From: Solirubrobacterales bacterium
GTDB lineage: Bacteria > Actinomycetota > Thermoleophilia > Solirubrobacterales > 70-9
Assembly (NCBI GenBank): GCA_036276735.1
Contig: DASUOH010000031.1
Span: forward strand, 2,694-66,693
Direction of reading: 5' to 3'
Length of the DNA stretch: 64,000 bases
The first letter of the stretch is position 1; each line of letters begins with the position of its first letter. The notes beneath the pieces are model-generated. The model was given only the letters and a program-made list of their open reading frames with translations, was not told the origin of the DNA and searched no databases. Of the stretch, positions 37,510-46,150 are shown piece by piece. The translations under genes were made by a program, and so were the position numbers.

Positions 37510-38910
37510 GTGCAAGAAATGCCTGACCCAGCCGAGCCCCGACTCGCTGACTTCCTCCGCAGCCCAAGAGAGACGCAGGACAGGGAGCTCAAGCGATGGC
37601 TAGATCTCAGCGAGCCTGCAAATCGAGGCAAGGTGGCGCGGCACCTTATGGCCCTCGCCAACTTCGGCGGAGGATGGCTGCAATTCGGATTCAAAGAGGA
37701 AAGCGATGGATCATTTGCCCACGAGAGAACCGAGTGCCCAGACCCCAGCAGGTATTCGACGGATGCGGTCAACGCAATCGTCAGGCGACACGCGGAGCCA
37801 CGCTTCCATTGCGAGGTGCATTGGCAGAGCTGCAACGAGGGATGCCCGGGGCCACATGCCTTGATCCGCGTTCCAGGCGGCGACAAGGTCCCAATTGTGT
37901 GCAGCAAGGGAGGCCCCGGTCCAAAGAACGATCCTGAGAAAGGCGCCGTGTACGACCGCCTCCCCGGCCCGGAGAGCAGCAAGATCATCGAGCCGAACCA
38001 CTGGCATGACTTGCTTGAGCGTTGCTTGCAGGCACGGCATGACGCGCTGGTAGAGAGCGTGCGAGATGCGATCGAACTCTTAGGCCGGCGAGGTCTCGCT
38101 AGGGCTCTAGGCGCCGAAGTGGGGAGCCCTACCAGCGACGGGGACGATGTTCTAGGAAAGTGGACCGCAGACTCAAGAGTTCGTCTCGATCAACTGCTTC
38201 ATGAGCAGAGCGAGTATGCCCGACTGTACGAGCAAGGTTGGTGGTCGGTCTCGTATGCAGTGGATCCTCCGCCCGATCCACCGCTCCAGCTCAGGCGGCT
38301 GAAAGACCTCATCCTCAGCACCGCAGGAAGGGAGACTGGCTGGCCTGCGTGGCGCTGGCCTTCAAGTAGCGAGCACCAGCCTCGCTTAAACGATGACGTA
38401 ATTGAATGCTGGATGGCAGGTGGGGTTTTCACCGATGCTGCGCATGCGGACTTCTGGAGAGCATCCACCAAAGGCCTGTTCTACCTTCTTCGAGGCTACG
38501 ACGAGGACGCCATCGCAGAGTTGTCTCCGCGACACAGCAGTATCGCCCCTGGAAGCATGCTTGATCCCGGAATCGCGGTCTGGAGGATCGGTGAGTGCGT
38601 TCTGCATGCTGAGAGGATGTGCCGCCAGCTCAATGCCGAGAAGGTCCATTTCGATATTCGTTGGGAGGGACTTAGCGGACGCAGGATCAGCGTGCTAGAG
38701 CCAGCGCGTCGCGACTATTGGTCCGGACCCTCTCAGGATGACAACGCTTCCGTGAGGTTGACGATTGACCGTGATCTCATCAGCAGCACGTTGCCGAAGA
38801 TTGTCCATGAACTGACCACGCCCCTCTTTGTTCACTTCGATTTCTTCGAAATGCCGCTAGAGGATGTAAACCGCGAAATGAGCCGGATGCGAGGGCAGCC
38901 TGAAACGTAG
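37510..38910 (+). CDS. AlbA_2/Schlafen-like domain protein with unassigned C-terminal domain
   Basis: 466 aa; RETQDRELKRWLDLSEPANRGKVARHLMALANFGGGWLQFGF and GAVYDRLPGPES fit the AlbA_2 (formerly AAA_4) pattern; C-terminal about 270 aa unrecognised; 53-55% G+C in counted lines. Confidence 0.65.
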   Translation: MQEMPDPAEPRLADFLRSPRETQDRELKRWLDLSEPANRGKVARHLMALANFGGGWLQFGFKEESDGSFAHERTECPDPSRYSTDAVNAIVRRHAEPRFHCEVHWQSCNEGCPGPHALIRVPGGDKVPIVCSKGGPGPKNDPEKGAVYDRLPGPESSKIIEPNHWHDLLERCLQARHDALVESVRDAIELLGRRGLARALGAEVGSPTSDGDDVLGKWTADSRVRLDQLLHEQSEYARLYEQGWWSVSYAVDPPPDPPLQLRRLKDLILSTAGRETGWPAWRWPSSSEHQPRLNDDVIECWMAGGVFTDAAHADFWRASTKGLFYLLRGYDEDAIAELSPRHSSIAPGSMLDPGIAVWRIGECVLHAERMCRQLNAEKVHFDIRWEGLSGRRISVLEPARRDYWSGPSQDDNASVRLTIDRDLISSTLPKIVHELTTPLFVHFDFFEMPLEDVNREMSRMRGQPET

Positions 38911-38930
38911 CTCTGGTTCTGGCTGGTCCC

Positions 38931-40139
38931 TTGCCAATAGTCCTCTGCCCAGACCCCATGCAGCTCTTCGACAAGATCGAGCGTCACGACCCCTCCCCTT
39001 GCAAGGACTTAGAGGACAGCTTTGCCTTCCTGAACCGCGTCAACACCCCGTTCTGGGGGGAGGTACGAAGCCTGCTAGAAGAGTGGTTTTCTCGATATCC
39101 GCTGCATGAGGGAAAAGACTTATGGAAAGCGTTCAGATCCCGACTCCCAGGGCAGCACTACGGAGCCTGGTGGGAGCTTTATCTCCACGAGTTGTTTTCG
39201 AGGCTGGGCTATGAAATTGAGATCCACCCCGAGCTAGCCGACTCTTCGAAAAGGCCGGATTTCATGCTGCGGCTCGACGATTCTCTGCTTTATGTTGAGG
39301 CAGCCGTTGTCTTCTCGGGCATAACTACGAAGCGCGATCGGAATCCTCCCCGTTGGCTGCTCGACGCCATCAACCGGGCAAGTAGCCCCGACTTCTTTGT
39401 GAGGCTGGTGCGAGTAGAGCCAGGGGAGCCTCGGCAACTCAAGAGGAATGAGATCGTTACTCCACTTGAATCCTGGCTGTCCAGCCTTGACCACGAGGAG
39501 GTCTCGGCTTCCCATAAGAACGACGAAGGCCTACCGGAAGAAACGATCCGCTGCCGAGGCTGGGGGATGGTTTTTGAAGCCTGGCCAGTCAAACCAGAGG
39601 CTCGGGGTAGAACCGATAGGCGCCTGCTGGGAATCGGCCCAGCCCAGACCGGCTTTGTGAATGACGCTCGGCAGTTGAGAAGCACTCTGAAGAAGAAAGC
39701 GGGACGTTTTGGCCGCCCAAAGATCCCGATGGTGACGGCGACCCTCTCTCTTTCGGGCTTTATGGAGCAGCTAGATATTGAGCAGGCTCTTTATGGGGAT
39801 GAGGCCTTTCAGGTTCCCCGCGACGGCGAGGGGGCAGCCGCTCTTCTAAGGAGGCGAAATGGCTTCTGGACCGCTTCTGATGGCCCCCAGAACCAGCGCG
39901 TTTCGGCCGTTCTAACTGCCGTCGGTCTTCATCCGGCTAACGTCAACAAGGTGGCGCCCTCCCTCTGGTTGAACCCCTGGGCGGACTACCCGCTAGAAGA
40001 GCCGTGGCCTTTTTCCCGCTTCACGGCATCTGAGCGAGGCGAGATCCTGGGCGAGGAAGAGCATCCCGATATGGCCGCGCTATTTGATCTCTCTGCCGGC
40101 TGGCCCGGTAGTGACCCATTCCCTCGGAATAGGACTTAA
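38931..40139 (+). CDS. hypothetical protein with PD-(D/E)xK-nuclease-like N-terminal segment
   Basis: 402 aa (ATG 38958 also possible); WWELYLHELFSRLGYEIEIHPE..KRPDFMLRLDDSLLYVEAAVV resembles the E...D...ExK core but lacks the Lys; remainder unassigned. Confidence 0.6.
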   Translation: MPIVLCPDPMQLFDKIERHDPSPCKDLEDSFAFLNRVNTPFWGEVRSLLEEWFSRYPLHEGKDLWKAFRSRLPGQHYGAWWELYLHELFSRLGYEIEIHPELADSSKRPDFMLRLDDSLLYVEAAVVFSGITTKRDRNPPRWLLDAINRASSPDFFVRLVRVEPGEPRQLKRNEIVTPLESWLSSLDHEEVSASHKNDEGLPEETIRCRGWGMVFEAWPVKPEARGRTDRRLLGIGPAQTGFVNDARQLRSTLKKKAGRFGRPKIPMVTATLSLSGFMEQLDIEQALYGDEAFQVPRDGEGAAALLRRRNGFWTASDGPQNQRVSAVLTAVGLHPANVNKVAPSLWLNPWADYPLEEPWPFSRFTASERGEILGEEEHPDMAALFDLSAGWPGSDPFPRNRT

Positions 40140-40161
40140 CGAAAGATTTCGTGCGTGCTAC

Positions 40162-41252
40162 TCATCCAATAGCTGAGCGAACAGAGCCAAAGCTCGTTCC
40201 CACGGCATGCGTGTAACGCGCAAGCATCGTCTCCACGCGATGCCCAGCGATCTCGGCTAGGTCCGCGTCGTTGACGCCGGCGGCTCGGAGGTGCGTGACA
40301 TAGCTGTGCCGGCACTCGTGGGGGCGGATGTCTAGACCGGACGCCCCCTGGGCCGGCTTCCAGAGGTCGCGGTAGAAGTTGCGCTCACGCCACATGCGGC
40401 CGGTCGGGGTTGTGAAGAGGAGATCGCAGTCGGAGCCGTTGAGCCGGATCTGCGCTTCGAGCATCCAGGCGAGGGTCGCCGGGACCGGAACGACGCGGCC
40501 GGCGTCGGGCTGGCCGTGGTCGATCTTGGTGCCCTCGAGGATCACTCCCTCGTGCGCGGTGCGGCGAACTTGGAGCGTCTCGCCGTCGAAGTCTTCGCGG
40601 CGCAAGGGAAGAACCTCCCCCAGTCTCAGGCCGCAATCGGTGAAGACGCAGACCATCGCCTCGTAGCGGCCGGCCGCCTTAGCGAAGCGGTGCATCTCCT
40701 CGAAGCTGAAGACACGGATCGGCCGGGGCTTCTTCTTGGCCCTCGGATCGTTAGCCCTGATGCGGACGCCCTTGAACGGATTGAGGTCGCAGACTTCGTC
40801 CGTGATCGCGTCCTCTGCCATCGCCGAGAGCGAGCGCAGGATGCCAACCGCTCCCGTGGTGGCTCGGCCTTCGACTCGGAGCATGTGGTCGACCATGGCC
40901 AGGGCGTGACGACGGCGCAGCTCGCGCATCGGCCAGTCCTTAGTCGCATGCCCTCGATCTCCACCTCGGCGACGCGGCCGATCCGGTGCTCATTGGTGGC
41001 GTTGGTCCGCTCCGAGCGCGGGTGCCGCTCGGTCCAGGTGGCGAAGTAGTCGCCGAGGGTGTCGGGCCGATCTGAGAGGCCGTACGCCTCGTCAATCGCC
41101 TTCTGCGCTTCGCCCTTTCGTTTGAAGGTCCCCTTGCCTCGATTCCAGCTCGGCTTGGCGACACGCCGCTTGCCGTCTCTCCCCGTGTAGCGGGCAAGCC
41201 ACACGATCTCGCCGGAGGGGTTGCGGCGTTTGACTGGAGCCTCGCGCCTCAT
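40162..41252 (-). pseudogene. int: tyrosine recombinase/integrase split by a frameshift near 40938-40943
   Basis: N-terminal frame (40626..41252 ORF) ...RIGRVAEVEIEGMRL; C-terminal frame (40162..40929 ORF) KDWPMRELRRRHALAMVDHML ... HECRHSYVTHL ... GHRVETMLARYTH (R-H-R-Y type catalytic region). Confidence 0.8.
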
Positions 41253-41443
41253 GCCGCCTCGTCCCTGTGGCGAGCAAGGAAGTCCTCGACGTCGGCGGGG
41301 TCGATTCGTCGCGCGGCCCCGAGCTTGTAGCTCGCTAGCTCGCCTCGCCTGATCCAGTTGCGGACCGTGCGGTCGGAGACGGAGAGGTAGTTGGCGAGGC
41401 TGCGCTCGGTGAAGAAGCGAGGCTGGCCGGCTTTCCGTCCCAT
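41249..41443 (-). CDS. xis: excisionase-family (MerR-type) HTH DNA-binding protein
   Basis: 64 aa from ATG 41443 (RBS GGGGGAGG); LANYLSVSDRTVRNWIRRGELASYKLG; stop overlaps the int start. Confidence 0.75.
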   Translation of the reverse strand: MGRKAGQPRFFTERSLANYLSVSDRTVRNWIRRGELASYKLGAARRIDPADVEDFLARHRDEAA

Positions 41444-41775
41444 GCCTCCCCCATCACATTCACGCCGCGAGTGCCCCGGCCTGTTCGTCCACGTTCCGTC
41501 AGAGGCCACACCGGGAGGGGCGTTCCCACCTGCCGAACGCGCGGCGCAGCCGCGCCACAATCGGCAGTGGGACGCCCGACCGAAGGTCAGGTGATGAGCT
41601 GAGCTGCCCAACCCGGTCTCAGGCACGAAAAGCGAACACCGGTTCGGGTTCATAATGTGTCGGGGGTCAGAGGTTGGAGTTGAGGGAAGCCCCCTGGGAT
41701 CGCCAAGGCGGCTCGAACTGGCCCTTCCGTGTGGTCCTTCGGCTGGGCTTCCGACGAGTGCTGCTTGGTGGACAG

Positions 41776-42090
41776 TCATGGGGTGTTGGGTCTTCCGGTT
41801 CCTTTTGTCTTGACTGGGTTCGGGCCGGTCTGGCCCCAGCCGCCAACCCGCGCGTGACCCGGCCGCCAGGCAATCCCCTCGAACAGCTCCCCGACCGGCA
41901 CCTCCAGAGCCCCGGCGAGCTTGGCCAGCGTGTCGATCCGCGGCAGACGCCCACCGCGCTCAAGGAGGCCGATCTGCGTCCTGTGAAGCGAGGCCCGAAT
42001 GCCAAGCTCTTCCTGGCTGATGCCAGCTCGCCGGCGTGCCCGGATGAGGTTCTCGCCGAAGCGCTGAGCAACAGCGTGCGAGTCCCTCAT
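41776..42090 (-). CDS. XRE-family HTH regulator
   Basis: 104 aa from ATG 42090; FGENLIRARRRAGISQEELGIRASLHRTQIGLLERG. Confidence 0.75.
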   Translation of the reverse strand: MRDSHAVAQRFGENLIRARRRAGISQEELGIRASLHRTQIGLLERGGRLPRIDTLAKLAGALEVPVGELFEGIAWRPGHARVGGWGQTGPNPVKTKGTGRPNTP

Positions 42091-42386
42091 CGGCCCATCA
42101 CCAGCCGCTCGAAGTGAAGGGCCGCTCGCGTCGGGGCGACTAGAACTCCGTTGCTCAGGAGCAAGCCGGCCGCGACGAGGTCTCGAACGGCTGAGGCGAG
42201 GACGACCGCAGCGGAGAAATCGCTGCCATCGCACAGCAGCTCTCCGGCTAGCTCAGGCAGGCTGAGTTGCTCCGGGTGTTCGCGCAGGACGACGGCGAGC
42301 ACCAGCCGCTGCGCCTCTCGGGGCCGCGTCTGCGCCGTCACCTCGCGATGGCGCGAGCGTTGACGCCAACCGCCGACCCAAATCAC
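42087..42386 (-). CDS. small winged-helix-like protein, tandem paralog 2
   Basis: 99 aa; LVLAVVLREHPEQLSLPEL...SAVRDLVAAGLL...APTRAALHFERL, about 45% identical by eye to the upstream gene; 4-nt overlaps on both sides. Confidence 0.55.
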   Translation of the reverse strand: MIWVGGWRQRSRHREVTAQTRPREAQRLVLAVVLREHPEQLSLPELAGELLCDGSDFSAAVVLASAVRDLVAAGLLLSNGVLVAPTRAALHFERLVMGR

Positions 42387-42676
42387 TCTGCCTCCAGTCG
42401 GCGGAAGCGAAGCGCGGCAAGGGTCGGCACGACGGCCTCGTCCTGGCGGCGGACCAGGCCGGCGGCGGCCAGGTCGCGAACCGCGCGCCCGACCGCGTCT
42501 CTCGTCGCGAAGTCGTCTGCGTCGGGGTAAAGCGCTCGGTGGATCTCCGCGACGGTGGCTTGGTCTGGATGCTCGGTGAGGACAAAGCGAAGGACCGTGC
42601 GTTCTGTACTAGCGTCTTCAGCGGCTGGCGATTCGGGGCCGCACGACTCGCGGTCCGTAGGGTCTGGACTAGCCAT
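42383..42676 (-). CDS. small winged-helix-like protein, tandem paralog 1
   Basis: 97 aa; TVLRFVLTEHPDQATVAEI...RAVRDLAAAGLV...VPTLAALRFRRL. Confidence 0.55.
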   Translation of the reverse strand: MASPDPTDRESCGPESPAAEDASTERTVLRFVLTEHPDQATVAEIHRALYPDADDFATRDAVGRAVRDLAAAGLVRRQDEAVVPTLAALRFRRLEAE

Positions 42677-42843
42677 GAGGAGCTATGCCTCCTTGTGGTC
42701 AGGCGGCCCGTCGTGTTAGCCCACGGCGGGTCGCCGCTTCTTGGAGCCGGCGCATCGCTACCGTTCCCGCTGCGGCCGGCCTGGGTCACCTGTGCCGGTC
42801 GCCACGGGGCCGGCGTTCCAGCGCGCGGCCCCACTTATGTTTG

Positions 42844-43137
42844 ATGTCGCAGGCTATCACGCTTTCCCGACATATCTTGAAACCGACTGGACGAAAAACG
42901 CCTCACCCCCAGCCCGCCCTAGGTCAGGCGATTCGAGAGCTGCGCCAGAAGCGCGGTCTCAGCCTCGAAGCCGTTGCGGCGAAAGCGGGACTGGCTCTCA
43001 ACACGCTCTCCCTAATCGAGCGCGGCGAGGCCAACCCGACCTGGCAGACGGTCAAGGGGATCGCGGCCGCCCTCGACGTGTCGATTGCCGAGATCGCCAA
43101 GCGCTCGCTCAAGTTCGAGGATGCGTCTCGAAAATGA
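42844..43137 (+). CDS. XRE-family HTH regulator (cI/Cro-like), divergent from the wHTH operon
   Basis: 97 aa from ATG 42844; LGQAIRELRQKRGLSLEAVAAKAGLALNTLSLIERGEANP. Confidence 0.8.
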   Translation: MSQAITLSRHILKPTGRKTPHPQPALGQAIRELRQKRGLSLEAVAAKAGLALNTLSLIERGEANPTWQTVKGIAAALDVSIAEIAKRSLKFEDASRK

Positions 43138-43259
43138 GACCAGGATGTGACCACGAGGCCGCGGAACGCTTCGGAATCGGCGGGAAGCTAGATCAGACGG
43201 AAGCCGAGCATCTGGCTCTGCACCGGGAAACGTGCGGCGTCCGAGGGTACGCAGCGGAA

Positions 43260-43333
43260 CGCGCCTGACAGGATTCGAACCTGTGACCTTCGGTTTCGTA
43301 GACCGACGCTCTATCCAACTGAGCTACAGGCGC
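43260..43333 (-). tRNA. tRNA-Arg (anticodon ACG)
   Basis: Reverse complement GCGCCTG-TA-GCTC-AGTTGGATA-GAGC-G-TCGGT-CTACGAA-ACCGA-AGGTC-ACAGG-TTCGAAT-CCTGT-CAGGCGC-G folds as a cloverleaf; no encoded CCA. Confidence 0.92.
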
Positions 43334-43394
43334 GGGAGCGGGGAAGCTTCCCCGGAGAGGGGATTCTAGGGGTCGGGAGGCGGGGCCGCCGAAA

Positions 43395-44168
43395 TCAGCG
43401 GCCCTCGAAGGACGCGTGGCCGGGACCCTTCTCTAGGAAGGTCTTGACCGCGCCCTTCAGGTCCTCGGTTGCGAAGAGGTCGGCCGCTTCGGTCCGCACC
43501 GTCTCGTCGGCCGCCGGGATGCCGCCTTCGCGGTAGCGGCGCAGGATGCGCTTGGTCATCGCGTGCGCCCTGGTCGGCCCGGCCGCCAGCTCGGCCGCGT
43601 AGGCGCGGGCGTTCTCGTCGAAGCCGTCGTCCTCAAGCAGCACGTTGACGACTCCCCAGCGCTCCATCTCCTCCGCGCCGAACAGCACCCCGCTCATCAC
43701 GAAGTGCCGTGCCCGGCCGCTGCCGGCCCGCTCCGCCAGCCGCTGCGTGCCGCCCATCGAGGGCGTCAGGCCGACCACTTTCTCGACCAGGCCAAACTGG
43801 GCCGAGCGGGCGGCGAGGATCAGGTCGCAGCCGAGCGCCAGCTCGAAGGCCGCCGTCAGCGTCAGCGCGTGTGCCGCGAACACCACCGGCAGCGGCAGCG
43901 CTTCGACCCGCTCCACCAACCCGATCAGCTCGTCCCAGAGCCGGCTCCCCTCCTCCGGCGTCAGGCCCTCGAACTCGTGGACGTCGACGCCGCCGGACAC
44001 GGCGCGCCCGTCGGCGCGGAAGAGCAACGCCCGCGGCGGCTCAGCCTCGACCGCGTCGACCGCCTCCCTCAGCCCCTCGAACATCGCCCGGTCGAACAGG
44101 TTCAGCGGCGGGCTGTCGAAGCTGGCGACCGCCAGGCCGCCGTCGCGCTCGAGCCGCACGCTGCTCAT
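43395..44168 (-). CDS. enoyl-CoA hydratase/isomerase (crotonase) family protein
   Basis: 257 aa; crotonase-like layout (SFDSPPLNLF..., GGVDVHEF, AFELALGCDL). Confidence 0.85.
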   Translation of the reverse strand: MSSVRLERDGGLAVASFDSPPLNLFDRAMFEGLREAVDAVEAEPPRALLFRADGRAVSGGVDVHEFEGLTPEEGSRLWDELIGLVERVEALPLPVVFAAHALTLTAAFELALGCDLILAARSAQFGLVEKVVGLTPSMGGTQRLAERAGSGRARHFVMSGVLFGAEEMERWGVVNVLLEDDGFDENARAYAAELAAGPTRAHAMTKRILRRYREGGIPAADETVRTEAADLFATEDLKGAVKTFLEKGPGHASFEGR

Positions 44169-44653
44169 GCGCTGCCGTCCCGCTTCTCTTTGAGCCGCAC
44201 GTGCCAGCTGATCGTGGCCGAGGCGATGCGCTCACCACTCCCGTCGACCAGCTCGACGTCGCACGGGAACTCGACCTTCCCCTGCGAGTCGAGCGTCGCC
44301 AGCGCCTCGTCCCTGGAGACTCCGAGCCTCGCGATCGCCTCGATCGGGCCCTTGGCGATCCGCTCATAGGAGATCTCGGCGCTGCGCGCCAGTGGCGTCA
44401 CGTCGCCGAGTCGCTCGGCGAAGGCGCCGACGAATGCCGCCCCAGAGGCCGTCTCGGCAGCGGTAAAGAGGGCCCCGGCGTGCTGTGAGCCGACGTGATT
44501 CGTCAGCTCGGTCCGCTCGGGCAGGCGCACGGCCGCCTCCCCCTCTGAGATTCGCGTCACCTCAAGCCCGAGGTGGCCCGCAAAAGGCACCGCCTGGGTC
44601 ATCCCTCTGGCGATTACGTCGAAGTCGGTCACGGCAAGGACCCTAACTGCCAC
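44165..44653 (-). CDS. hotdog-fold thioesterase (PaaI/YiiD_C-like)
   Basis: 162 aa; 4-nt overlap with the crotonase gene; HVGSQHAGALFTAAETASG pattern. Confidence 0.65.
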   Translation of the reverse strand: MAVRVLAVTDFDVIARGMTQAVPFAGHLGLEVTRISEGEAAVRLPERTELTNHVGSQHAGALFTAAETASGAAFVGAFAERLGDVTPLARSAEISYERIAKGPIEAIARLGVSRDEALATLDSQGKVEFPCDVELVDGSGERIASATISWHVRLKEKRDGSA

Positions 44654-44683
44654 GCCGCCATCGAAGAGGGACCGTGAGCGCGC

Positions 44684-46117
44684 CTAGGGAACCCTATGCA
44701 CCTCGAACAGGTTCGTCCCCAGCCCGTGGTCCGGGAGCCCGGCGACGATCCCGATCAACTCGCCCGACTTGGCGATGCCGTGCTGCGCCGCCAACTCCGC
44801 GCAGTGTTCGAGCACCTCGCGTATCTGCGTCTCGTGCTCGGCGTGCACGGCCGTCACCCCGAACAGCAGGCCCAGCCGCCGCACCGTCTCGATCCGCGGC
44901 GAGACCGCCAGCACGGGCACCTTCGGCCGGTGCGCGGCCACCAGCCGGGCGCTGCGCCCACTCGTCGTCGGCACGACCAGCGCCGCCAGGTTGAGCCGGT
45001 AGACGGCTCCTACCGCGCTCTGCGCGACCGAGTCGGCGACGTCCTGCGTCGCCTGGTCGGTGCGGCCGAAGAGCCACTCGCCGTAGCGCAGGTCCGGCTC
45101 GGTGGCGCGTGCGATCTCGTCCATGGTCCGCACCGCCTCGATCGGGTGGCGGCCGATCGCCGTCTCCTCGGAGAGCATCACCGCGTCGGTGCCGTCATAG
45201 ATCGCGTTGGCGACGTCGGTCACCTCGGCGCGGGTCGGGCGCCGCTCGGTCACCATCGAGGCGAGCATCTGCGTCGCCGTGATCACCGGCTTCGAGCGCC
45301 GACCCGCCGCCCGGATCAGCCGCTTCTGGACGACCGGCACCTCGGCGAGCGGCAGCTCGATCCCGAGGTCGCCGCGCGCGACCATGATCCCGCCGGTCGC
45401 CGCTTCGACGATCTCCTCCGCGTTGGCCGCCGCCTGGCGCTTCTCGATCTTGGCGATCAGCGGCAGGTCTGCGTCGAGGACGCGCAGTCGCGCCGCCACC
45501 GGCTCCAGGTCAGCCGCTGAAGAGACGAAGGAAACGGCGAGCAGGTCCACGCCCTGCTCGACCGCGAACTCGATCCAGCCCATGTCCTCCTCGGTCGCTC
45601 CGCCGTCCGCGACGGTGCCGGGGATGTTCATTCCCTTGTGCGACGACAGCGTCCCACCGACCTCCACCTCGCAGTCGACGCCGCCGTCGTCTAGGCGCCC
45701 CTTGCCCTCGGGCTCACTCACCCGCAGGCGGATCGCCCCGTCCGCCAGGTAGACCAGCTCGTCCTCGCGCAGCTGGGCGACGCCCGGCCACTCGACTGGG
45801 ATCGTCTGCTCGTCGCCCTCGACCTCGCGCGGAGTCAGCTGCACGTGCATTCCCGTGTGCAGCTCGGCGACGTCGTCGCGCAGCTCGCCGATCCGCAGCT
45901 TCGGCCCGGGCAGGTCGCCGAGGATCGCGACCTCACGACCGACCTGCTCGGCGGCGGCCCGGATCGCCTCGATAGTTCGCGCGTGACGGTCGCGGTCGGC
46001 GTGGGAGAAGTTCAGCCGCATCACGTCCACGCCCGCCTCGATCACCCGCGGCAGCACGTCCTCACCCCAGCTCGCCGGGCCGATCGTCGCGATGATCTTG
46101 GTACGGCGTCCGTACAT
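44684..46117 (-). CDS. pyk: pyruvate kinase
   Basis: 477 aa; RRTKIIATIGPAS, MRLNFSH, MVARGDLG, ATQMLASM signatures. Confidence 0.95.
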   Translation of the reverse strand: MYGRRTKIIATIGPASWGEDVLPRVIEAGVDVMRLNFSHADRDRHARTIEAIRAAAEQVGREVAILGDLPGPKLRIGELRDDVAELHTGMHVQLTPREVEGDEQTIPVEWPGVAQLREDELVYLADGAIRLRVSEPEGKGRLDDGGVDCEVEVGGTLSSHKGMNIPGTVADGGATEEDMGWIEFAVEQGVDLLAVSFVSSAADLEPVAARLRVLDADLPLIAKIEKRQAAANAEEIVEAATGGIMVARGDLGIELPLAEVPVVQKRLIRAAGRRSKPVITATQMLASMVTERRPTRAEVTDVANAIYDGTDAVMLSEETAIGRHPIEAVRTMDEIARATEPDLRYGEWLFGRTDQATQDVADSVAQSAVGAVYRLNLAALVVPTTSGRSARLVAAHRPKVPVLAVSPRIETVRRLGLLFGVTAVHAEHETQIREVLEHCAELAAQHGIAKSGELIGIVAGLPDHGLGTNLFEVHRVP

Positions 46118-46150
46118 CTCTCAGTTCTGAATGTAGAGGTTGTGTGACCG

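Noticed and set aside
41444-41775. 332-nt gap between the XRE operon and xis, inspected for a structured RNA, retron-like ncRNA or small gene
   Set aside because: I could identify no convincing long stem, repeat or ORF with an RBS by eye. There is also no reverse transcriptase nearby. It is left unannotated.
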